Assembly: GCA_965224245.1 (NCBI GenBank)
Contig: CBDCYW010000022.1
Span: forward strand, 1-22,851
Reading direction: 5' to 3'
DNA: 22,851 bases
Source of the DNA: Candidatus Eiseniibacteriota bacterium
GTDB lineage: Bacteria > Eisenbacteria > RBG-16-71-46 > CAZAMP01
The position numbers and the translations under genes are program-made. Position 1 is the first letter of the stretch. Each line of letters starts with the position of its first letter. Below, in pieces: positions 1 to 6,146 of this stretch. The notes under the pieces were generated by a model. The model saw only the letters and a program-made list of their open reading frames with translations. It was not told where the DNA came from and ran no database searches.

Positions 1-472
1 TCATACGTCCGGACTCCAGCGCCATCGACGTTCCGGTCAGGCAGGACGAGCACCAGGCGTTGTTGAGAAGGCGAACGCGAAGCCCAGGATCGATGGCGTT
101 CCAGATGGGACGTGCCGTCGTAGTGAAGCGAGGTCCGTCAACACCAGGCGAGCTGACAGGTTTCGTCTGACTCAGATCCCAGGGAGTTCCTCGCCAGCCG
201 TGGATCGTGCCCTCGTCGCCGCAATCGGGACATCGCCAGGCGATCTCGTCGTGCCTCGACGAAATGACCGCTTCGATGATGCCATTGCAGCGGCGACGGC
301 GGGGACGGCGGCGGCATTGAGGTGGAATGCTGTGTCGGCCGGCGAGGTCGGCACTGACGAAGGCGACGATCGAGCCCAGATGGTCGCGCAGCGCCCGGCC
401 GGCACGACGCGGCGGGATGTGTCCATTCTCGTCGAGAAAGTGGGACATGTCCGTCACGGTGGGGGTCGGCAT
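1..472 (-). CDS. Cys-rich hypothetical protein, probable Zn-binding; runs off the window edge
   Basis: Not in the ORF track because no stop lies in the window. Manual translation from ATG 472 (GGAGG at 483-487): MPTPTVTDMSHFLDENG...QCRRRPRRRRCNGIIE...IAWRCPDCGDEGTIHGWRGTPWDLS...WNAIDPGLRVRLLNNAWCSSCL. Open to base 1, with CxxC motifs. Confidence 0.8.
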   Translation of the reverse strand, partial: MPTPTVTDMSHFLDENGHIPPRRAGRALRDHLGSIVAFVSADLAGRHSIPPQCRRRPRRRRCNGIIEAVISSRHDEIAWRCPDCGDEGTIHGWRGTPWDLSQTKPVSSPGVDGPRFTTTARPIWNAIDPGLRVRLLNNAWCSSCLTGTSMALESGRM

Positions 473-536
473 GGGCCCACGTCCTCCCCGAGTCGCCATA
501 CGCCTCTTGCCTGGACTGATGAGTCACGAAGTTGTC

Positions 537-590
537 ACAACGAGAGGACCCGGCGCAACCCGCACCGGGCGAATAGAACCGTCTGGGGCG
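537..590 (-). repeat. Conserved hairpin site, copy 1 of 4 (slightly degenerate)
   Basis: ACAACGAGAGGACCCGGCGCAACCCGCACCGGGCGAATAGAACC matches the copies at 1135, 1958 and 13848. Confidence 0.9.
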
Positions 591-597
591 CGAGAAA

Positions 598-717
598 CTA
601 GCCTCTGAGCACCGCCCTCAACCGGTTCCCCAGACTCCCCTTGCTTGTTCCCGACTACCTCCCTCGGCCCGATGTGCTTCTCGGCAGTACTGCTCGGCCG
701 ACTTCCCGATCGAACAC
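598..717 (-). pseudogene. Frameshifted 3' remnant of the basic coiled-coil gene (paralog of 2013-2636)
   Basis: DNA closely matches 2013-~2130 (ctagcctctgagcaccgccctcaaccg...gatgtgcttctc...gtactgctcggccgacttcccgatcga), with small indels and no 5' part. Confidence 0.85.
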
Positions 718-743
718 ATGGGCCTGGTGAGTCGTGCGCATGT

Positions 744-1079
744 TCACAGCATCTCATGCTTTAGGCGGCGCGGATCGAGATCGACCACGACCGACGTTGC
801 TTCGACGTCGAACCATTCCAGGAAGGTCGTCACGTCCCGGACGGGCCAGCGTGACTCGTCCCGATGCCAGCCGTCCAGTTCGCGCTCGAACACATCGGCG
901 AACCACTCCTCGACGGGCGCTGCCTCCTGTTGCTCGTTCGGGTCGGGAGGAACGAGATAGACCGAAACGTCGCGGATGCTCGGTTCGAGATCCTTGGCCT
1001 CAGGGTCTACGGACAACAGCCACTTCAGAAACGGGTCGCGGGGCCTGACCACGACGGCGGAGCGGTTGACGGTGCGCAT
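744..1079 (-). CDS. Acidic conserved hypothetical protein (111 aa)
   Basis: MRTVNRSAVVVRPRDPFLKWL...VFERELDGWHRDESRWP...FLEWFDVE; natural protein composition, unlike the overlapping ORFs. Confidence 0.85.
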   Translation of the reverse strand: MRTVNRSAVVVRPRDPFLKWLLSVDPEAKDLEPSIRDVSVYLVPPDPNEQQEAAPVEEWFADVFERELDGWHRDESRWPVRDVTTFLEWFDVEATSVVVDLDPRRLKHEML

Positions 1080-1134
1080 GGAGTCGAGGATTTGGAGCCT
1101 CCTTTGCCACGTGGGCTGAGTTCAAGACGCTCGC

Positions 1135-1185
1135 ACAACGAGAGAACCCGGCGCAACCGCACCGGGCAAGTAGAACCGTCAGGGC
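1135..1185 (-). repeat. Conserved hairpin site, copy 2 of 4 (site only, no attached gene remnant)
   Basis: ACAACGAGAGAACCCGGCGCAACCGCACCGGGCAAGTAGAACCGTCAGGG. Confidence 0.9.
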
Positions 1186-1445
1186 CCTCGCCGTGGGAGA
1201 ACATCGCGTCTCGATCGATGTGGCGACACGAGGAGAGTACGACGCTCGCCAGCGCCACAAACGTGCGCAATTCGTGACACTCATGTGAGTCTCTACCGGC
1301 GGTCGCTCACTATCCTTCAACTCGTTCGGGATACCCCGGACCACCAGCAGAGGAGCATTCGGGTAGCGGGCGTTGCCGTGGTCGGTGGCGCTCACCCCTG
1401 CTTCACGTCGGTGTCGTCCACTCCATGTTGAAGGAGAAACGAACC

Positions 1446-1844
1446 ATGGACACGCTCGCACGCCTCCGCCTCGCGCTCGCCGTCTGCGCACTCGCCGTGG
1501 TCGGTCTCGTCTCGTCCGCAGAGGCGCAGGTAGGTCCCCCCGGGGGGACGATCTACGCCCATGACGTCGCCTACCAGACCGTTGCGACGCCAACCGACCT
1601 GCCTCCCGGCGGCCACTTCGATGCGATCTATGTGCTCGGTGATGGCCTGGCCGCCGTCTCCGAGTCGGCGCCCGGCGACGCCGACTACAACGGGGGACGC
1701 TGGGAAGTGCACCTGGTCGACTGGCTCACGATCGAGCCCATGCAGTTCACGAATGCAGAAGACATTCTGGCTGCGGCCGATCGCGGCGAGATCGCGATTG
1801 GCGGTGTCGCGCGGCGGTTCGTGTGCCCGCTGATCCGAAGCTGA
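1446..1844 (+). CDS. Small secreted hypothetical protein (132 aa)
   Basis: AAGGAG at 1431-1436, ATG 1446; signal peptide (RLRLALAVCALAVVGLVSSAEA); APGDADYNGGRWEVHLVDW motif. Confidence 0.85.
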   Translation: MDTLARLRLALAVCALAVVGLVSSAEAQVGPPGGTIYAHDVAYQTVATPTDLPPGGHFDAIYVLGDGLAAVSESAPGDADYNGGRWEVHLVDWLTIEPMQFTNAEDILAAADRGEIAIGGVARRFVCPLIRS

Positions 1845-1850
1845 TCCGAA

Positions 1851-1884
1851 GCGCCAGCACGCCCCGTAGAGGGCTTGCTGGCGC
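1851..1884 (+). terminator. GC-rich hairpin after 1446-1844, possible terminator
   Basis: GCGCCAGCA-C-GCCC / GGGC-T-TGCTGGCGC stem 7 nt after the stop; no U-tract. Confidence 0.5.
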
Positions 1885-1957
1885 GAGGCCGGTCCTCCGC
1901 CAGCGTCACGCGCTTCGGCCCCAATAGCCCCGCCGATCCGAACGCAAACGGATCAGG

Positions 1958-2006
1958 ACAACGACAAGACCCGGCGCAACCGCACCGGGCAAGTAGAACC
2001 TGGGGC
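1958..2006 (-). repeat. Conserved hairpin site, copy 3 of 4 (terminator-like, directly downstream of 2013-2636)
   Basis: ACAACGACAAGACCCGGCGCAACCGCACCGGGCAAGTAGAACC; minus-strand fold CCCGGUGC-GGUU-GCGCCGGG followed by a pyrimidine/U-rich tail. Confidence 0.9.
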
Positions 2007-2012
2007 GTTGGA

Positions 2013-2636
2013 CTAGCCTCTGAGCACCGCCCTCAACCGATTCTGCAACGACCCCTGCTTGTTCCCGACCACGTCCCGGGGCCCGATGTGCTTCTCGCAG
2101 TACTGCTCGGCCGACTTCCCGATCGACACCTTGAGCTTCTCCATCGGGATCACCTCCTCGGTCTCGGGCCGGCCCTTGACGGTGACCTTGAGCCCCTTCG
2201 CGACCTTGACGACGTCGAAGCTGACGCGCTCGGAGACGTTGGTGGCGCGGCCGCCGCTGAACTCGCACCGGACGCCGGCCTTTCGGCACGCGTCCCGGTA
2301 GGGGGCGAGGGCGGCGCGGTAGGCGTCCTTGGCCGTGGCGACGATGGTCCGCGCCTGCGCTTCGAGCGCCTCGGCCTCGGTCCTGGCCCGGGTGACGGCC
2401 GCCTCCGCCTCGGTGACAGCCCCCCGGAGGACGTCGAGGTCGGGGGTGTCGCCGCTGGTCGCGGCCCGTGTGTGCGTCTTCGGGGCCGGCTGGGCCTCGG
2501 GAGCCTGCCTGGTGCGTTTCTTCGAGGTCCGCCGCCGTTTGCCCCGGGTGCCGGCGTTTGAGCGCTTTGAAGCGTCGGTCGACCCCTCTTTCGGGGCCGC
2601 CACGCGCGTCTGGGCCTTCTTCTTCGTCGTCGCCAT
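2013..2636 (-). CDS. Hypothetical protein with Lys/Arg/Ala/Thr-rich N-tail, coiled coil and conserved C-terminal domain (207 aa)
   Basis: GAGGAGGA RBS (2641-2648) before ATG 2636 (MATTKKK). Paralog at 13906-14487 has a near-identical C-terminal ~90 aa. Confidence 0.85.
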   Translation of the reverse strand: MATTKKKAQTRVAAPKEGSTDASKRSNAGTRGKRRRTSKKRTRQAPEAQPAPKTHTRAATSGDTPDLDVLRGAVTEAEAAVTRARTEAEALEAQARTIVATAKDAYRAALAPYRDACRKAGVRCEFSGGRATNVSERVSFDVVKVAKGLKVTVKGRPETEEVIPMEKLKVSIGKSAEQYCEKHIGPRDVVGNKQGSLQNRLRAVLRG

Positions 2637-2688
2637 CTCGTCCTCCTCGGCTGTGTCGCAGGCGCTGCGGATTGCGCGCCACTGCGAC

Positions 2689-2776
2689 ACATTCACGCTC
2701 GAGCCGGGCGAGGTCATCAAGTCATGTCAGAGCAATAAGTTAGCTTGATTTCGCGCCCAATGGGAGCGGACCATGT
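2689..2776. promoter_or_regulatory. Back-to-back CTTGAT..GAGCG..ATGT motifs flanking an AT-rich dyad
   Basis: ATCAAG (2716-2721) / CTTGAT (2744-2749) inverted; AAGTCATG-TCAGAGC-AATAAGTT core; conserved at 14533-14618. Confidence 0.6.
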
Positions 2777-2779
2777 GGT

Positions 2780-3055
2780 GAGCGGGGAGGTCTGGAAGCT
2801 GCCTGCATCGCGGGGCCAGACCGGACGCTGGGGGCGGCGTGAGGCACTGCTCGCTGCGGCGAGCGGTCGTGTGGGGCAGAGAAGGCGGTGATCTCTCAGG
2901 ATACCAGTCGCCCCCGACGACGCTCTCTGCCGCGCCGGGGGGGCGGGGTATCTGTTCCCCACGCCGATGAGGTGATGCGGAAGCGAAGGTGCAGAGCGCT
3001 GATGCTCGGGGAACGGAGGAAGAGTACCACGCTCAACGCCAGTGAACGAGGAAAA
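2780..3055 (+). ncRNA. Putative structured leader/ncRNA upstream of the tyrosine recombinase (copy A)
   Basis: No credible ORF; stems 2826-2838/2907-2919 and 2846-2867; motif blocks shared with 14620-14935. Confidence 0.3.
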
Positions 3056-3063
3056 GGAGGACG

Positions 3064-3657
3064 ATGTTGCCGTATCGAGCGCCCGAGACCATGACCACCG
3101 CCGAGCAGCGTCGGCTCCTCGACGTCAGTGCCGAGAGTCCACGGCCCCGCGATCACGTGATGATCTCGCTGGCGCTGGGCACCGGGCTTCGACTCGGTGA
3201 GCTGCTCGCGCTCGACGTCGGCGACGTCAGCCCCGATGGCGTCCACGTGCGCACGCGCGTGAAGCTGCGAGTCGAGACGACGAAAGGTGGTCGTCGTGGC
3301 GAGGTGTTCTTGCCCGATCGGGTCGTCGAGAAGCTGACGCGGTTCCTGGCGTGGAAAGCCATGATGCGGGAGTCGCTGGAGAGCGACGCGCCGTTGTTCG
3401 TGTCGTCGTGGGGGAGACGGCTGTCGGCGAGGCGGACGCAGATGATGTTCAGGGAGTGGCAGTCGCGCGCGGGCTTCGACAGGCTCTACTGCTTTCACTC
3501 GACCCGCCATGCCGCCATCACGAACGTCTACCGAACGAGCCGCGATCTCTTCTTGGCGCAACGGTTCGCGCGGCACGCGTCGCCGGTCACTACCATGGTG
3601 TACATGCATCCGAGCGATGAAGAGATGGCAGAACAGATCCGCAGCCTGCCGTGCTGA
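3064..3657 (+). CDS. Tyrosine recombinase, catalytic domain only (197 aa)
   Basis: AGGAGG RBS; box I GTGLRLGELLAL, catalytic K (TTKGG), HSTRH (HxxR), ARH and TTMVY nucleophile; no N-terminal core-binding domain. Confidence 0.93.
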   Translation: MLPYRAPETMTTAEQRRLLDVSAESPRPRDHVMISLALGTGLRLGELLALDVGDVSPDGVHVRTRVKLRVETTKGGRRGEVFLPDRVVEKLTRFLAWKAMMRESLESDAPLFVSSWGRRLSARRTQMMFREWQSRAGFDRLYCFHSTRHAAITNVYRTSRDLFLAQRFARHASPVTTMVYMHPSDEEMAEQIRSLPC

Positions 3658-3663
3658 TCTCGA

Positions 3664-4168
3664 TCAGTTCAGGCAGCACTTCTTGAACTTCCGGCCGCTA
3701 CCGCACGGGCACGGATCGTTGCGCCCGACGTGAGGGGCCTTTCGGATCGGCGCCCGTCGTCGCTCCAGTGCCTCCAGGTGAAGGCCATGGCCGAGCGTCG
3801 CGTAGTGGATCAGCGCATGTGGGATCGCGCGCCGGCACTCGTCGAGAACGACCTCGGGATCGTCGTCGGGCTCGGCCTCTTTCCGATAGGCGTCCGGGTC
3901 ACCCCAGATCATCAGCGTGAACACGACCGCGTCAAACTCGTCCTCCACGTCTTCGTCGTCGAGGGCGACCAGCGCGCGCTCCCAGTCGTCTTCAACGAAG
4001 GCGAAGCCGACCGCGAAACCCCGGGCCCATGTCTTGCGCGCCGGCTCGGAGTCTGGATCCAGTCCCGCGGCCCGGGGCGTGATGGCGACGTCGCCGGACG
4101 CCATCGCGATGCCGTGGTTGTACGCACTCATGATGCTACCGATCACGGCCTCTGCCTGCTCGAGATCG
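3664..4168 (-). pseudogene. 5'-truncated UPF0149/YecA-family SEC-C motif gene
   Basis: Near-identical to 15539-16043 ([18 protein letters not shown]); homology stops at ~4168 and the N-terminal ~64 codons are missing. Confidence 0.85.
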
Positions 4169-4722
4169 AGGTGAAGCCGTTCGGGACGAGCTTCGACGGC
4201 ACAAGCACTTACCTCGACGAGTTCACGAGCACGAGCGACGTCGGGGAGATCGCATTCGACCACACGGTGACCGGACTCCTCCTGTCGACCGCGTATCACT
4301 GGCGGGTGCGCGCGCGTTACGATGTCATCACGTCGCCGTATCAACGTCATGGCCCCTGGCTTCACGTACCGCAGGCCGGCTGGAGCGGATCCGACGTGCG
4401 TACCGGCGCGACCCTCCTGAATCTGCCGTCCAGTACGAGCTCACCCGGGATGCCGCGTCTCGCCGGCATCCCGAACCCGGTCTCGGGGCCGGTGACGGTG
4501 TCGTTCTTCCTGCCCGGCCGCGGGCGCGTCCAGATCGTGATGTACGACGTCACCGGACGCCGCGTCGCGATCGTCGAGGATGAGATCAAGCCGGCGGGTT
4601 GGCACGAGGTTCGATGGGACGGGATCGGTGCGCACGGGGCGCGCGTTCACCCCGGAGTGTACTTCATCCGTATGACGTTCGGCGCGCACACGGTTGGCCG
4701 AAAGGCCGTGATCCTCCCGTAG
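4159..4722 (+). pseudogene. 3' fragment of a secreted protein with FlgD-Ig/T9SS-like C-terminal domain
   Basis: [14 protein letters not shown]...YHWRVR...PNPVSGPVTVSF...YDVTGRRV...WDG...PGVYFIRM; upstream in-frame sequence is antisense SEC-C DNA and there is no native start. Confidence 0.75.
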
Positions 4723-4734
4723 GTTCAAAGAACG

Positions 4735-4810
4735 GTGCGTCGTGAAAAGGCGACGACGTCCAGTGGGTGCAATCCCCACCCGGCAACGGGTCGCTCCAGC
4801 TGGAAGCAGC
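4735..4810 (+). mobile_element. Probable 5' fragment of a group II intron
   Basis: Starts GTGCG, then TCGTGAAAAGGCGACGACGTCCAGTGGGTGCAATCCCCACCCGGCAA, resembling domain I 5' sequence of bacterial group II introns (recalled, not aligned). No RT ORF or domain V seen. Confidence 0.55.
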
Positions 4811-4834
4811 GGTTCGCGACGTATCTATGGGGTA

Positions 4835-5009
4835 CCCAGTCCGAACGCCTCGCGAACTCAGCATCAAGCGGGTTCGGGTCCCCGCGAAGTCGCGAGTCGT
4901 ACAAGTCGAATGAGAAAAACGGTTTACGCTGGTTCGCAAAGCGTTCGGACCGGACCCCAGGTAGGACGGAAAACGTAACTGAGAGAGTTCGCGAGGCGTT
5001 CGGACTGGG
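4835..5009. repeat. 175-bp segment bounded by perfect 25-bp inverted repeats
   Basis: CCCAGTCCGAACGCCTCGCGAACTC (4835-4859) is the exact reverse complement of 4985-5009. Confidence 0.9.
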
Positions 5010-5173
5010 GAGCCACGCTCTGGGGGCGTCTACGGGCGCCCCTTCTCGTTCACGCCCGGTTTGCCCTTCTCGTCGACCCTGCGGCCGTATATCGCGTTGG
5101 GGCGCAACGTTCTCCAGCGGTTTTCAGGCGTCGAATTCTCAGCATTCTCACGCGCCACGAAGTCCGCCGCCGA

Positions 5174-5222
5174 GGTTCGCAGAGCGTTCGACGTGGGCGC
5201 CAGTTCTCAGCATCTGCGAACC
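5174..5222. repeat. 49-bp imperfect dyad, att-site-like
   Basis: GGTTCGCAGA (5174-5183) ... TCTGCGAACC (5213-5222), inner TGG-GCG-CCA; left arm resembles those at 4931 and 4986. Confidence 0.6.
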
Positions 5223-5498
5223 GGCAGCCTGGTGGTTGACACCGCCGCCGTAACCCGTTGGTACGCCGTGAGCGGACTGCGGCTTTCCACGACTCGCACA
5301 GAACGCGTTGACGACTTAACATCTCCTCCAGATTGCCGTCGCACGCGATATGGTTTGCAGGTTCTCCGGTTCGATTGCAGCGAAAGGCGTCCTCATACCG
5401 TGTTTTCGACCCGCCGGGCGCAGGAGACCGTAACAGATGCGGGCCGCCGTCGACTGGGAGAGGTCAACGGCCTGACTAGCTACTATGGAGGCTCACAA

Positions 5499-5972
5499 GT
5501 GTTGGCAAAGCCACGGCAACCATCGCAAGCGCTCGAACGAGTTCAGCAACTTGGACTCATCGGTGTAGCGGATCGATATCTAAACGGATGGTCCCTGGCG
5601 GTGGCCTTAGTCGCGACACTGGGGCTTGTTCAAGGGTGCTGCGATCGCGGTTCACGGCCCGATCCTCCCTACGGTCCGGCGGACGATACGTCGAGCTACT
5701 CAAGTGGTGACTACCAGTCGGTCAGCTACACGTACTACTGCTTGAGCGGTCAGTACGTTAGCGTCGACTATGTTTCAACCGATGGGTGCGACAAATGGCA
5801 CGAGGACTCGCGCTACACGAGCGACGGGATATGCCGTGAGTCCTTGTCTTCGAGCCGTTCGCTCGCACTTGAGCGCTTCGGTACTCTATGGCCTGCATCT
5901 TCCGCACCCTTTGATTCGGCCCGGGTCCCGGGGGCGATGGACTCTGAGCCGGGTCTCATCACAAGGCCGTGA
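5499..5972 (+). CDS. Putative lipoprotein, hypothetical (~157 aa)
   Basis: GGAGG 5487-5491 then GTG 5499; hydrophobic stretch ending LVQGC (lipobox-like); Tyr/Ser/Cys-rich body. Start uncertain. Confidence 0.55.
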   Translation: MLAKPRQPSQALERVQQLGLIGVADRYLNGWSLAVALVATLGLVQGCCDRGSRPDPPYGPADDTSSYSSGDYQSVSYTYYCLSGQYVSVDYVSTDGCDKWHEDSRYTSDGICRESLSSSRSLALERFGTLWPASSAPFDSARVPGAMDSEPGLITRP

Positions 5973-6146
5973 CGTGCGCCAAATCTCATCGGGATTGTGA
6001 CGCCGCATTGAGCCCATGTCGTCAGTGCTGGTGACGCTGTCTGTCGGTAACGGCTCGGTGGGCTGCGGAGGTGATGGCCGTTTCCGGAGTTCGGGCGAGT
6101 TGTTTGGCCGAACGCGCTTCGTGTCGTCCGTCGCGGGGGTCTTCCG

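Larger units (their letters stand above)
1958..4168. repeat. Module copy A: site + basic protein + tyrosine recombinase + truncated UPF0149/SEC-C; direct repeat of 13848-16043
   Basis: Same gene order and clear nucleotide and protein similarity at an offset of about 11.9 kb. Confidence 0.9.

Noticed and set aside
514-545. Hammerhead ribozyme (CTGATGAG)
   Set aside because: No stem II closing onto GAAA and no supporting stems.
537-2006. CRISPR array interpretation of the repeated hairpin
   Set aside because: Spacing is 600-820 bp with whole genes between copies, and there are no cas genes.
537-2006. Canonical integron attC sites
   Set aside because: No RYYYAAC/GTTRRRY pair enclosing the stem, and the recombinase lacks IntI length and its insertion domain.
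3064-3657. Gene symbols xerC/xerD/fimB
   Set aside because: Too short for Xer, no dif or fim context, and duplicated in a mobile region.
4169-4365. N-terminal extension of the 3664-4365 ORF
   Set aside because: It is antisense of the FlgD-CTD fragment and has no homology to the intact copy's N-terminus.
3730-4722. 330-aa plus-strand ORF as a real full gene
   Set aside because: The first ~143 codons are antisense to the SEC-C gene; only 4159-4722 is protein-like.
5061-5498. Long N-terminal part of the 303-aa ORF
   Set aside because: It overlaps the repeat cluster, has non-protein-like composition, and a better RBS/start lies at 5499.
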